DNA of 64,000 nucleotides from Armatimonadota bacterium (GTDB lineage Bacteria; Armatimonadota; UBA5829; DSUL01): the NCBI GenBank assembly GCA_039811685.1, contig JBDHZC010000004.1, positions 224,001 through 288,000 on the forward strand, read 5' to 3'. The position numbers and the translations under genes were made by a program. The notes under the pieces were generated by a model. It was not told the origin of the DNA. It saw only the letters and a list, made by a program, of their open reading frames with translations, and ran no database searches. Below, in pieces: positions 29,732 to 40,253 of this stretch; within the stretch, counting starts at the first letter, position 1; every line of letters begins with the position of its first letter.

Positions 29732-30676
29732 TCAGGGAGAGCTCATCAGCTTTAGGCCCGGCGTACGCGTCCTCATTTTGAGCAGAGAGTCCGTTGTCGG
29801 GTCGGTGATGTAGAGAGTCTTTCGATCGGGACCGGCGAAGGCGATATTGCTTGGCCCGTGCCCTGGGCCTGTCGGCATCACATAGCTATCGAAGGTTTCT
29901 CCACGCGGGGAAATCACCAGCACCTGATGCGCTCCAAAGTGCGCGACCCACAGATTGCCTGCAGTATCAAACGCTATACCGTCCGGCTCTCCTTTCCCTG
30001 CGCTGGACAAGTCTGCGAATTCCTGCGCCCTGCCAAGCATGCCGTTGCTCCGCACGGAGAATCGCAAAATCCGGTTCTTTTGAGACTCAGCCACATAAAG
30101 CCAGCGCCCGTCCGCACTGAACGCCAGGCCATTAGGGAAGGCCAGACCGTCTGCTACGCGCGTGACTTTGCGCGTCGTAGCTTCCACTCGGTACACGCAC
30201 CCTGTGGGATTGCGGAGTCCCGACCCTGCAGGGTCTGTAAAGTACAGATTGCCCTTCGCATCAAAGGCCAGATCGTTTGGCCCCCGGAAGCCTTTCACGC
30301 GGTATTTTTCGGCGTATATCTCGCAGCGTCCATCTGGATGGATTCTCACGATGGCGTTCCGTTCGTTGTCGCACGCAAAAAGCGAGCCGTCTTTGTAGAA
30401 CGCAAGGCCGTTGGTATTCCTGAACTGGAGTGGGTTGTCAATGCGGCTACTCTTCAGCCATTGCGCTTCACATTCTCCGTCCAGAGAGACTCGCGCAATT
30501 GCGTTTCCTGATGCCTGCGAGCATACGACATGCTGCTTTCCATCGTAAGCGGGGCCTTCGGGAAACTTCAGACCCACGCAGACCTCAGTCACTTCTGCCA
30601 GGCTTATCTGAGCGCAAATTACCCCACAAACCACTGTCATCGCGGCAATCCTGAGCCGTTTCCACCGTATCTTCAT
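29732..30676 (-). CDS. SMP-30/gluconolactonase family beta-propeller, secreted
   Basis: FPEGP, GPND, FPNGLAFS, PDGIAFD. Start estimated from GGAG RBS. Confidence 0.88.
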   Translation of the reverse strand: MKIRWKRLRIAAMTVVCGVICAQISLAEVTEVCVGLKFPEGPAYDGKQHVVCSQASGNAIARVSLDGECEAQWLKSSRIDNPLQFRNTNGLAFYKDGSLFACDNERNAIVRIHPDGRCEIYAEKYRVKGFRGPNDLAFDAKGNLYFTDPAGSGLRNPTGCVYRVEATTRKVTRVADGLAFPNGLAFSADGRWLYVAESQKNRILRFSVRSNGMLGRAQEFADLSSAGKGEPDGIAFDTAGNLWVAHFGAHQVLVISPRGETFDSYVMPTGPGHGPSNIAFAGPDRKTLYITDPTTDSLLKMRTRTPGLKLMSSP

Positions 30677-30899
30677 TCCCATCTCCGCTTTGCGCATTTC
30701 GACGCCACCTGTTCTCTCTTCCTTACCACTTTCCACCCCACTGAGTAGATAGCCGTGGCCCGCTTCCCGCGCCAAAGCCGAGTTCTGCTCAGTTGACAGG
30801 CCACAGATCGTGGCAGTCTGTACTCTGTGTTGATGTATACTGACTATACCTCTCTGTAGCCAGACGTGTATCCCAACGGCGGCGATAAGGAGTTATGAA

Positions 30900-31697
30900 G
30901 TGGCTTTTCAACTCAATGACAATGATGTTATGTCGTACCATCGCGACGGTTTTCTGCTTGTCCCTCGACTTTTTGACAGTGAGCTGATTGCGATGCTTTC
31001 CCATACGGCGCGAGCAGATCAGCGCTACCAGTCCCTGGCGGTAGATAGAAGCGATCGAGAAGGCGCTGCGTCGCGTCTGTCCTTGCGCTATGATCTGCCT
31101 GAGGATCTGTACGGTGGTCTGGTGCGCTCAGAAGACATCGTTCTGACCACGGAGAGGCTTCTGGGTGAAGAGGTCTACCACTATCACCACAAGATGATGA
31201 TGAAGGAGCCGTTTGTTGGAGGCGCATGGGAGTGGCATCAGGACTACGGCTACTGGTATCACGGGTGGTTCCTGTCTCCCGCAATAACAAGCTGTATGAT
31301 AGCCGTTGATCGGGCGACCCGCGCGAATGGCTGCTTACAGGTTATTCCTGGATCGCACGCTCTCGGCCGCATCGACCACGGGGGCGTGGGAGATCAAATG
31401 AGCGCCAACCAGGAGCGCGTGGACGCTATTCTGTCTCGCTACGAAAAGACCTACGTGGAGATGGATCCGGGAGATGCTCTCTTCTTCCATTCAAACCTTC
31501 TGCACCGCTCAGACCAGAACACGAGTCCGGATCCGCGCTGGGTACTCATCTGCTGTTATGCCGCCCGCTCAAACGAACCGGCCAACGGCCTGCCTCCGGC
31601 TTACGAGTATCTGGAGCGCTGGAGCGTAGATCGTATCAAGGAAATTGGCAAGCAGCACCTGATGAGTCTCACCGGGTCTTCATCGGCCAGCCCATAA
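30900..31697 (+). CDS. Phytanoyl-CoA dioxygenase family Fe(II)/2OG enzyme
   Basis: WHQDYGYW, NGCLQVIPGSH, LHRS. Confidence 0.9.
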   Translation: MAFQLNDNDVMSYHRDGFLLVPRLFDSELIAMLSHTARADQRYQSLAVDRSDREGAASRLSLRYDLPEDLYGGLVRSEDIVLTTERLLGEEVYHYHHKMMMKEPFVGGAWEWHQDYGYWYHGWFLSPAITSCMIAVDRATRANGCLQVIPGSHALGRIDHGGVGDQMSANQERVDAILSRYEKTYVEMDPGDALFFHSNLLHRSDQNTSPDPRWVLICCYAARSNEPANGLPPAYEYLERWSVDRIKEIGKQHLMSLTGSSSASP

Positions 31698-31733
31698 AGA
31701 CTTCGCAGAGACGCTAACCGCTATGGGCGGGAG

Positions 31734-32486
31734 CTACTTGCCCATCTTTCGCAGATTCTCGAGACACTTGGCAACAGCCTCGAGTGGAGCGCAAGGATAG
31801 GATTCCTGCTCGACGATGTACCACTCGGTGCTGCCGATGTTCTCGCACAGGTCAAAGATGAGCGGCCAGTTCACGTCTCCTTCACCAACCAGAGCCTTGT
31901 CGTTAGTTGCGGAGTGTTCTTTCAGGTGGACAGTAAGCGCGCGGCCGGGGTAGCGCTTGAGAATAGGCGCTGGGTCTGCGCCTCCCACCAGCGCGTTGCC
32001 GGTGTCAAGCTGCATCACGACTTCCTTAGGTGTGTTAGAAAAAAAAGTGTCCCACGGCCACTCTCCGTCCAGCGCCTGGAATTCGATGTGGTGATTGTGG
32101 TATCCCACGCGCATTCCTTCCGCCACGGCGAGCTCGGCGGATTGTGAAAACATTCGGGCAGTCTCCAGCCAGGCGTCGCGCGAGCTCGTGCGCTCGGCAG
32201 GCAGTCCTGGAACGATCAAGAATCTGTTTCCCAGAGCTTTGTTGAACTCTATGGTCGTTCCAATCTCCTGCGCTGTGATCGTATCCAGTCCAGTGTGTGT
32301 TCCCGCGCACTTCAGCCCCAACTCCGAAAGCATCGTTCGGAGCTCTTCGGCGGAGTAGCCGTAGTATCCGGCAAACTCCACGCCCGCATAGCCCATGTCA
32401 GCCACTGCCTTGAGTGTGCCGGGAAAGTCCTTTGCGCAGTCGTCACGCACGGAGTAGAGTTGAACGGCGATAGGTATGTCGGGCAT
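31734..32486 (-). CDS. Sugar phosphate isomerase/epimerase (xylose isomerase-like TIM barrel)
   Basis: QLYSVR, YHNH, QLDTGN, HLKE, IVEQE. Confidence 0.9.
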   Translation of the reverse strand: MPDIPIAVQLYSVRDDCAKDFPGTLKAVADMGYAGVEFAGYYGYSAEELRTMLSELGLKCAGTHTGLDTITAQEIGTTIEFNKALGNRFLIVPGLPAERTSSRDAWLETARMFSQSAELAVAEGMRVGYHNHHIEFQALDGEWPWDTFFSNTPKEVVMQLDTGNALVGGADPAPILKRYPGRALTVHLKEHSATNDKALVGEGDVNWPLIFDLCENIGSTEWYIVEQESYPCAPLEAVAKCLENLRKMGK

Positions 32487-32788
32487 TGGTAAGCGCTCCA
32501 GAGTCATAGATTAGTGGACAAGGGTCTGGAATGACCAGTTTCCACGCTGAAGTTCGCTAAGCGTTAGCGCCTTTCCTATGTCTCCTCTGCAGAATGTCTA
32601 ATCAGTGAGAAAATCCTGGACATCAGCGTTTGCTCTGCTGGAATTCTAGCGTTTCACGGAGCGATTTCGGCAAGTATCACATCTGCCAATCGCGATTGAG
32701 CCCCACGCACGGTCCTCTCGCCTGTTAAGAATCGGATGCCAGCCTGGACACCTGATTTTTGCCAGTTTCTGGAGGCATTTCACGAAAT

Positions 32789-32804
32789 TGGCACGGAAGT
32801 TGCA
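32789..32804 (+). promoter_or_regulatory. Sigma54 -24/-12 promoter
   Basis: TGGCAC-GGAAG-TTGCA, an exact consensus match upstream of the PEP-CTERM gene. Confidence 0.8.
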
Positions 32805-32932
32805 CCAGTAACAGCAGGCGAAAGGACGCCTGCAAATTCGTCAGACTTTGGTCGGCTGAACCCTGAACCAGCCGTAGAAGTAACACCCACAAACGCCAGC
32901 CACCAGGCGGTTAATACTACAGGAGACAGGAC

Positions 32933-33586
32933 GTGCATCCTTTGAACAAGACTCTCACCTTCCTCGGACTTGCTGCTGCAATCATCTGCTCTGGCGGCCT
33001 TCGCGCATCGGCTGCTGTGAATCTGGAGCTGAGGCCCATCACCCAGAACGCCAATATCGGAGAGACTCTCGGCTACGATCTGTACGCCTTGTCAACTACA
33101 GGCAGCGACGAGTTCGTGTCTGCTATGGACGTCATTCTTACTTGGGATCCCGCTCTGATCCGTCCCGAGGTTGGCACAGATGGAATGGGTGCCCCGCAGC
33201 CGGAGTGGGATTTCGACGGTCTGCTTTACCAGGCCAGCGGCATCAACAATCGTGATATGATCACAGGAGATATCATTAACGACGGCGCCTTCATGTACAC
33301 CGCAGCCGCACCGCTGGGCACTCCCGTCGCTATCTCGCCCACTGGTCTGAAGATCGTGGAGTTTCGCTTTACGGCGCGTGCGATGACGTCCGGCACGTCC
33401 ATTCAAATCCCCGCTGCGTTTGGCCAGGATCAGACGAGAGTCTTTGACGGAATGAACGCCAATACCGACATCAAAGGACTACTCACCGGCGCCCGTATGA
33501 CAGTTGTTCCTGAGCCAAGCGGCCTTCTCGCTCTGGCCACAGGAGCGGTGTCGCTCCTCGGCCTTATCAGACGTCCGCGAGTGTGA
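32933..33586 (+). CDS. PEP-CTERM sorting-signal protein with cohesin-like domain
   Basis: AGGAG RBS, signal peptide, C-terminal VPEPSGLLALATGAVSLLGLIRRPRV. Confidence 0.9.
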   Translation: MHPLNKTLTFLGLAAAIICSGGLRASAAVNLELRPITQNANIGETLGYDLYALSTTGSDEFVSAMDVILTWDPALIRPEVGTDGMGAPQPEWDFDGLLYQASGINNRDMITGDIINDGAFMYTAAAPLGTPVAISPTGLKIVEFRFTARAMTSGTSIQIPAAFGQDQTRVFDGMNANTDIKGLLTGARMTVVPEPSGLLALATGAVSLLGLIRRPRV

Positions 33587-33613
33587 TCAATCCCGCTTTA
33601 GTCTGACAGCATC

Positions 33614-33640
33614 AAGGGCCGGCGCCTGGTGTCGGCCCTT
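33614..33640. terminator. Hairpin between convergent genes
   Basis: AAGGGCCGGCGC-CTG-GTGTCGGCCCTT. Confidence 0.65.
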
Positions 33641-33660
33641 AGTTCTGTACTACGCGCAAC

Positions 33661-36504
33661 CTATTGTTGACGCCGGCGCTTGGCGTCCAGCAGTTTTGAG
33701 CGAGTCGGCGCGGGCGTGCTCTCAGGTAGAGAAGAGCCACTGAGGACCCCGCCACTCTCGTCCTCCTTTACGAGGACTTGCGCTTCAGACGTCGTTGAAA
33801 TGTCCATTCCGGCCCCCGCTGGCGGGTCAGTGCTTCTCACGCGCTTTCTATTCAGTAGATCAGACGTAGAAGGCGCCTCTGCAGAGCGAGGCTGTCTGCG
33901 AGGCAGGAGCCGGGCTGCTTTCTGCGCAACTTCCAGCGCTTCCGTCGGGGACAGTATCAGCCTGCGCACGGCGATATCCAATGGCATAAGGAGGAGCGCT
34001 ATCAGGGTGAAGAATCTCCAGACTTCTGTGTAGCGTCGCTGATTTCGGGGCGCTTTTTCGAAGACCGTGCGAGGACTCGGATTGAAGCGCCCTCCGGATG
34101 TCCGTGCCAGCTCTCGCAGCAGGGGCGTATTCGCCTGAGTTGTCCGGTACTCCTCCGGGTAGGCCAGGCTGGCTGAAGCCATGCTTTGCGCTCTCCCGTG
34201 TCCCTGCTCTGACACGCTTACAATGTAGTCACCTGGCTGAGTTGCCGGAAATGACCCCTCATAGCGTCCTCGCGCCGTCTGCTCGAGCGCAATATCGGCC
34301 GTGCTTCCGCCTGGCAGAACGGCGTGCGCGCGAAGACGCCTGTCCGGTGCCGATTTGCCGTCCGTGGAGGAAGCCTCCACCCGCACATGCGCTCTACCGT
34401 TCTCAATGTCCATTGTTGTCTCCCACTGAGAACTCTGGCTCCGGCGCATTACCCAGCGCACGCTCTGTGCCCAGAGAGCTGGAAAAGTCGGCCAGGACAA
34501 CCAGTGCGCTGCCCATCTCGAACGCGCGTCTGACGTGAAAGCCAGCGAACGCCCCAAACCGTATTGCCAGCTCGCTAGAACTGGATCACCTCGGTGTGAA
34601 AACAGCGCCTGATTCGCCGTAGCCTTCGGCGTGGTGGAAACGTAACCCAACAGAGGCGGCATCTGCTGAAAGTCCAGATTCCGGACAGGCTCCTGGTTTG
34701 CGTTGATTACGGGTTTGAACGCCTCTTCAACAAGCAGAGAACGCGACGCAAGCAGCGTGTCCCGCGTAAAGATTTTTGGCAGGTTGCGGGCGCTCTGCGT
34801 CAAATAGAACGTTCCTTTCCCAGCCCCGGCAAGCTGTTTCAGAAAAGGGACATCCGCTCCGTCACCGATCGCCACAACGCTGACTGTTATTTTCTTTGTG
34901 GCCATTTGCTGTGCCAGTTGCAGACATCCGGCCTGATCCTCTGCATCACTACCGTCGGCCAGAAGAATGACGTGGCGAATCGCGGTGGTTTGTGCGGAAA
35001 GCAGTCGCTCCGCCCGTACAAGGCTTGGATAAACCATTATTCCGCCGCCTCCCGCGCGAATGCTGCGGATATCTCGCGAAAGAGACAGTTTTTGTGAGGC
35101 AGGCCGCAATGGCGCAACCAGTTTCGGGTCAGAATCGCAGGCGATGACCCCGAGTTCGTCCGTTGGTTGAATAGCGTCGATGCATGCTACGGCAGCCTCG
35201 TTGGCAATGCGGATCTTTTCAACTCCCTGCTCCTCAATGCCCATTGACCCGGATTTATCCACAACAATCAACAAGCTCAGAGAAGGGACGATCTGCTGAC
35301 TGCGAATAGTCATTCGCACGGGAAGCGCGTCTTCCACCGGCGTCTTGAAGTAGCCACCTGCGCCGAAGCTCTGAGATCCACCGATCATGATCAGCCCGAC
35401 TCCCAGTTGTCTGACTGCGCTTCGGATCGCCAGCATCTGGTTTGCGGACAGATCCGTAGCCGGCACATTTGAGAGAATCAACCCGTCTATCCCCAGATAA
35501 TCCGCTGCGGTCTCGGGAATCTGAAACGGGCGGATGACTTCGGGGGAGATTCTAGCTGCTTTCAGAGCGCTGATGAGTGGCTCATCCAGCCGGGCGTCGT
35601 CTGTGGCCAGCAGGATGCGTGGCCTCCCAGTCACAACTGCAAAGGCGTACGCTTTGTTATTCTCAGCCTCTGTGTCGGCGCCAGGCTGCAGGTCCGCTCG
35701 GTAGTGAAGGCTGCCCTCTTTTTCCGCCTTCTGCGGGATCAGAAAAACAGACCGTCCAGCGCTGAGAGAGACCGTACGTTCGCCCACTGGCTGACCATTC
35801 CGATAAACGCGCAGTCGTGCTGTCTGCGCTCTGTTGGCTCCAACTACCACCCGCGCCTCAAAGGGTTCGCCAGTCTTCAGACTGGACGGGATGCTGAAGG
35901 ATTCCACCCACGCCTCATCCTGCTTTGGGCTGCCTGTCGAAACTGTATCTATCGCAATGCCGCCGCTCTGAGCGATATGGGCCTGCGCTGAGGCGTCTCC
36001 TACAGTCTCGTTCCCGTCCGAGAGCAGCACAATGTGCCGCGATGCGCTGTCTGGAAGAGATGCCATCGCGAGGCGAAGCGCAGCCGCTATATCTGTCCCT
36101 GCATCCCGCGCAACCGCCTGCGATTTTTCGGGAAGCCGGCCGTGAGAAGGGGACGACTCCACTCTTGCATCGGAGCCAAAGACAATCAATCCAGCGCTGT
36201 CACCGGAGCGCATCCCGTCCTGAGATGCTTTTATCCATTCCAACGCTTTGGCCTGGCTGTCTCCTGACACGCTTCTGGAGACGTCCAACACGTACATTGT
36301 GCAAAGCTCGCGCACTCGGGTCACTGTTTGAGGACCCGCAACCGCCATAATCAATGCCGCTACTATTACACTGCGAAGAAGAGTCGCAGTGAGGCTGCGC
36401 GCAGGGTTCAGCCCGGCCAAACTCTCGCGCGACGTGCGCCAGACCAGATACAGGACAGGCGGTAGCGCCAGCAGCCAGTAGGGGTGAAGAAAGCGAACTC
36501 CCAT
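33661..36504 (-). CDS. Membrane-anchored double-vWA protein with glutamine amidotransferase-like domain
   Basis: MIDAS LDVSRS and VDKSGS; GLIMIGGSQSFGAGGY; WQYGLGR. Confidence 0.85.
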   Translation of the reverse strand: MGVRFLHPYWLLALPPVLYLVWRTSRESLAGLNPARSLTATLLRSVIVAALIMAVAGPQTVTRVRELCTMYVLDVSRSVSGDSQAKALEWIKASQDGMRSGDSAGLIVFGSDARVESSPSHGRLPEKSQAVARDAGTDIAAALRLAMASLPDSASRHIVLLSDGNETVGDASAQAHIAQSGGIAIDTVSTGSPKQDEAWVESFSIPSSLKTGEPFEARVVVGANRAQTARLRVYRNGQPVGERTVSLSAGRSVFLIPQKAEKEGSLHYRADLQPGADTEAENNKAYAFAVVTGRPRILLATDDARLDEPLISALKAARISPEVIRPFQIPETAADYLGIDGLILSNVPATDLSANQMLAIRSAVRQLGVGLIMIGGSQSFGAGGYFKTPVEDALPVRMTIRSQQIVPSLSLLIVVDKSGSMGIEEQGVEKIRIANEAAVACIDAIQPTDELGVIACDSDPKLVAPLRPASQKLSLSRDIRSIRAGGGGIMVYPSLVRAERLLSAQTTAIRHVILLADGSDAEDQAGCLQLAQQMATKKITVSVVAIGDGADVPFLKQLAGAGKGTFYLTQSARNLPKIFTRDTLLASRSLLVEEAFKPVINANQEPVRNLDFQQMPPLLGYVSTTPKATANQALFSHRGDPVLASWQYGLGRSLAFTSDARSRWAAHWLSWPTFPALWAQSVRWVMRRSQSSQWETTMDIENGRAHVRVEASSTDGKSAPDRRLRAHAVLPGGSTADIALEQTARGRYEGSFPATQPGDYIVSVSEQGHGRAQSMASASLAYPEEYRTTQANTPLLRELARTSGGRFNPSPRTVFEKAPRNQRRYTEVWRFFTLIALLLMPLDIAVRRLILSPTEALEVAQKAARLLPRRQPRSAEAPSTSDLLNRKRVRSTDPPAGAGMDISTTSEAQVLVKEDESGGVLSGSSLPESTPAPTRSKLLDAKRRRQQ

Positions 36505-36522
36505 TTTATGTACGCGCTCTCC

Positions 36523-38337
36523 TCACATGCGTCTATGAAAAAGAAGCCACTCCGTGCAGAGCACGGCCAGCGCAGCCAGTACGAACCACGGATAAAGCTC
36601 TTTGTTGGCCGCTGAGGTGTGTGATTCGGCGGCTGTCTCGGCCGCGGGTGTGTCGGGCCTCGCCACTCGCAAGTCCGACTGCTCAGTTGACGAGAGATTC
36701 ACCGCGAAGACGCCCGTCCGTTCACCCTGTTTCCACGAATACAGCCCGGCCGTCAGTGTCTCGGAGAAGTCTTCAATGCCTTCCGGCAGCGCTATCCTCC
36801 TTCCATCAGGGGTAGTGACGGTAGTGATCCGCTTGGATCTCGCCTCCAGCCGGACAGTTTCGCCGGGAGTGTACGACCCCGTGACCTCTCTCTGATTCAG
36901 CAGCCACGCCACTGTGTTTGAGACGAGAATCGGAAACGTCACGCGCAGCGGCAGATCGGATTGAACAAAGTCCCACCCGAAGCTGATTTTCCGCATCCCG
37001 TTCTTCTGCCCGCCAACAATCAGAGGATTTCCTCCAGCTTCGGCCAGCGTACTCGCCCATTCCGCCGGCCTGAGAGAAGAAAACTCCGCAAAGCGCATGC
37101 TGGAAAGCTCTGCGTGTCGCGAAATGTCTACGCCGGGACGCCAGACGGGCTCGTCAGATTCTCGGACTGCGCCTGTCTTTGCGGGGGCGCCAGGACCGCT
37201 GGAGCTGATAAACCACTCGGCGCCGGGAGCCTCAGCCTCCGCATCTGTTCTATCCCAGATGACGATGTCGAAGGCTCCCAGTTTGTTTGGCGAGGGAGCT
37301 GTTTGCGCCTTTGTCACTTCAAGCTCATCATCTGTCGCCAGAGCTTGTTCCAGAAACATATTGCCAGGACCTACTATCAGCACTCTCGCCTTGCGCGTCC
37401 GCCCGATGACCGCATAAGCGATGTTGTCCTGCGGCAGCGCATCTTCTGGTGTTATCCGCGCCACAAGCACTCCGCTTACGGAGGGCGGCAGGTCAAACGG
37501 CAGTCCCTGCGACTGCCCCGGTTTCAGTTTCACTTCACGCGCGTCAATGAGTCTATCGTTGAGGCGCAGGCTCAGGGTCACTTCGGCAGCCTCTCCAGAG
37601 TGACCCAGGTTCGACAAGCGTACGAAAGCGCCCGTCCTCCCGGCCTGCCGGTCCACATTCAGCAGGGTGATTGCCGTATTAGCAGCGCTTGCGCCGGCGC
37701 GGATAGTCTCGAGGGGCAGCCCCGCGCGCAGGTCCTCCGGCAGTTCCGGATAAGACCCGTCGCTGTAGATGATTATCCTTGCCGATCGGCTGCTCTTGCA
37801 CGCGGCCCGTGCCAGGGCGACCGCATCCTGCATGGATGAGGGTAGTTGCGTCTGGCGTACTAACCCCAAAGCCGAGTTCAAAGCAGCCTTGTCAGACGTC
37901 ATCGGGGATAGGACCTGAGTACGTTGTGACGCGGCAATGACAATCGCCTGATCTGCCGGACCCAGATCGCGTACCAGATTTCGTGCTCGTTCAATCACCC
38001 ATCTCAGTCGGGTGGGGCGTGCGTCTGTTGCAGCCATCGAAGCGGAGTTGTCAAGAATGAGAGCTATCATCTGTCCGCGGCGTTGCCGGGCGTGCGCAAA
38101 GGGTCTTGCGGCGGCAAATGCGATAGCTATGAGCGCAGCGATCTGTAAAGCCAGTAGCGCAGTGGCGCGTAGCCTCTGCCATGGACGGTTGGCCTGCATG
38201 TCTGCGGTCACCCTGCGCCAGAGCATCGAGCTGGGCACCCGGACTTCTGTGCGTTGCGTCTTCAACAGATACAGCGCCACGACAAAGGCGACAAGCGGCC
38301 CAAGCAGCCAGAGGGTTCCTGCGCTCAGCAGTCCCAC
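36523..38337 (-). CDS. BatA/vWA domain protein
   Basis: LYLLK..VPSSMLW N-terminus, LDNSASM, C-terminal TM with EWLLFHRR. GTG start overlaps the upstream TAG by 1 nt. Confidence 0.85.
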   Translation of the reverse strand: MGLLSAGTLWLLGPLVAFVVALYLLKTQRTEVRVPSSMLWRRVTADMQANRPWQRLRATALLALQIAALIAIAFAAARPFAHARQRRGQMIALILDNSASMAATDARPTRLRWVIERARNLVRDLGPADQAIVIAASQRTQVLSPMTSDKAALNSALGLVRQTQLPSSMQDAVALARAACKSSRSARIIIYSDGSYPELPEDLRAGLPLETIRAGASAANTAITLLNVDRQAGRTGAFVRLSNLGHSGEAAEVTLSLRLNDRLIDAREVKLKPGQSQGLPFDLPPSVSGVLVARITPEDALPQDNIAYAVIGRTRKARVLIVGPGNMFLEQALATDDELEVTKAQTAPSPNKLGAFDIVIWDRTDAEAEAPGAEWFISSSGPGAPAKTGAVRESDEPVWRPGVDISRHAELSSMRFAEFSSLRPAEWASTLAEAGGNPLIVGGQKNGMRKISFGWDFVQSDLPLRVTFPILVSNTVAWLLNQREVTGSYTPGETVRLEARSKRITTVTTPDGRRIALPEGIEDFSETLTAGLYSWKQGERTGVFAVNLSSTEQSDLRVARPDTPAAETAAESHTSAANKELYPWFVLAALAVLCTEWLLFHRRM

Positions 38338-39242
38338 TAACTCACCGTACCTCGCCCGCGGAGCATGCGCCCGAAGATATCCATAATCGCCATGTCTGTT
38401 TGGACCGTGAGGAAGCTCAATCCGCTGCGCAGACACTCATCCCGCAGATTCGCTTGTAGTCGAGAGAGGGCCTTCTGGTAGTCGCGGATCAAGGATGCCG
38501 TGATGGAGACGTCCAGACTCTGCTCGGATTCACTGTCAAGCAGGCGCAAGTCACCGGTCAGTACGGGCCGCACGTCCTCAGGGGAGAGTACCTGCACGGC
38601 GGTAGTGTCAAATCTGCGAACCCCAAAGCCCCGAAGCTCTGTCCAGACTTCTTCTTCAAGGAAGTCGGAAAGCAAAATAGCCACGCCAGGTGTTTTTTCT
38701 GAGGCCAGAAACGTCTGAATCGCCGCTCCCAGCTCCCCTCGGCCGTCGCACTTGAGATCATCAAGCCACTTCAGCATCCGGTGGGTATGGGCACGGCCGC
38801 GCAGCGGACCGATCGGCCGGCTCTGTTCGGCGCCCAGCGGATACAGTTTTACTCTGTCCATCCCGGCAAGCCCGACGTAGCCCAGCGCTGCCGCCAGCTT
38901 GCGCGCATAAAGCTCCTTGCTAGGATCGCCGGTATCCATAGACCGCGTGCAGTCGATCAGAATGGAGAGAGTTCTGTCTTCATCCAGTGAAAATAGCTTG
39001 AGGAAGAGCTTCTCAGAGCGCGCGTACAGGTTCCAGTCCACTCTGCGAAAGTCGTCCCCGGGCGCATACTCGCGAAAGTCCGCAAACTCAACACCAGAGC
39101 CGCGCCGGGGCGATTTGCGATCGCCCGCCAATTGTCCCGGCAGCCGGCGTCTCGACACCAGCCTCAATCGCTCCAGAGTCTGAATAAGCTCTGCGTCCAG
39201 CAGAGTTGAGCCGATCACTTTTCTACCGGCTTCAGGCGTCAT
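38337..39242 (-). CDS. DUF58 domain protein
   Basis: GSGVEFADFREYAPGDDFRRVDWN, LLSDF. Confidence 0.92.
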   Translation of the reverse strand: MTPEAGRKVIGSTLLDAELIQTLERLRLVSRRRLPGQLAGDRKSPRRGSGVEFADFREYAPGDDFRRVDWNLYARSEKLFLKLFSLDEDRTLSILIDCTRSMDTGDPSKELYARKLAAALGYVGLAGMDRVKLYPLGAEQSRPIGPLRGRAHTHRMLKWLDDLKCDGRGELGAAIQTFLASEKTPGVAILLSDFLEEEVWTELRGFGVRRFDTTAVQVLSPEDVRPVLTGDLRLLDSESEQSLDVSITASLIRDYQKALSRLQANLRDECLRSGLSFLTVQTDMAIMDIFGRMLRGRGTVS

Positions 39243-39246
39243 CTGG

Positions 39247-40242
39247 CTAGACAGGCAGCTTTTCGTCAGGCTGAGCGGCGCGGACCGCCATCTCGACGAT
39301 CATATCTGCAGATATCTGCTCCGCTTCTGCTTCAAAGTTGAGAATCAGTCTGTGCCGCAGTGCCTGTGCTGAGGACTCTTCCACATCCTGCGTAGCCACG
39401 TTGAACCGCCCATCCAGAAGCGCGCGCACTTTCGCCGAGAGCGCCAGGGCCTGAGCGCCGCGTGGACTTGCGCCGTAGCGCACGTAGTGCCGCACTTCGG
39501 CCGGAGCCAGTTCGCTCTCCGGGTGCGTGGCCATCACAATGCGCAGAAGGTAGTCCCTGACGTGATCTGCCAGCGCAATCTCGCGCACAGTCTCCTGCAT
39601 CTGCACAATGCGCTCACCCGTCACGACTGGCTTGACCGCCGGCTCTTCGCCAGTCGTTGTGCGCTCCAGAATGGCGCCCATCTGCGCCTGCGTTGGAAAA
39701 GGAACCAGCAGCTTAAGCATAAAGCGGTCTAGCTGCGCTTCCGGCAGAGGGTAGGTGCCCTCCATTTCAATCGGGTTCTGTGTCGCAAGTACAAGAAATG
39801 GAGATGGAAGCGGGCGGCGCTCACCTCCCACCGTTACAGCCTGCTCCTGCATGGCCTCCAGAAGCGCAGACTGGGTCTTTGGCGTGGCGCGGTTGATTTC
39901 GTCAGCCAGGATGATGTTGCCGAAGACGGGTCCCGGTTGAAACCGGAACTCACGTCCAGCCGGCGTGTCGGCGACAATATTGGTCCCAGTTACGTCCGCG
40001 GGCATGAGGTCTGGCGTGAACTGAATACGGCTGAAGCTGCAACTCACCGCTTCCGCCAAAGATCGCACCAGCAGCGTCTTGCCCAGGCCAGGCGCACCCT
40101 CCAGCAGAGCGTGCCCACCGGTGGCCAGGCAGCTCAAAGCCCCGTCAATCGTCTCGGTCTGCCCAACAACAACGCGTCCGATCTCTTCGCGCAGCGCAGA
40201 AAAGGTTTCGCGGAACTCTTCCGCGCGTTGCTCTATACTCAT
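39247..40242 (-). CDS. moxR: MoxR family AAA+ ATPase
   Basis: GAPGLGKT, RIQFTPDLMPAD, DEINRA, ATQNP, LPEAQLDRF. Confidence 0.95.
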   Translation of the reverse strand: MSIEQRAEEFRETFSALREEIGRVVVGQTETIDGALSCLATGGHALLEGAPGLGKTLLVRSLAEAVSCSFSRIQFTPDLMPADVTGTNIVADTPAGREFRFQPGPVFGNIILADEINRATPKTQSALLEAMQEQAVTVGGERRPLPSPFLVLATQNPIEMEGTYPLPEAQLDRFMLKLLVPFPTQAQMGAILERTTTGEEPAVKPVVTGERIVQMQETVREIALADHVRDYLLRIVMATHPESELAPAEVRHYVRYGASPRGAQALALSAKVRALLDGRFNVATQDVEESSAQALRHRLILNFEAEAEQISADMIVEMAVRAAQPDEKLPV

Positions 40243-40253
40243 AGCTCTCTCCA

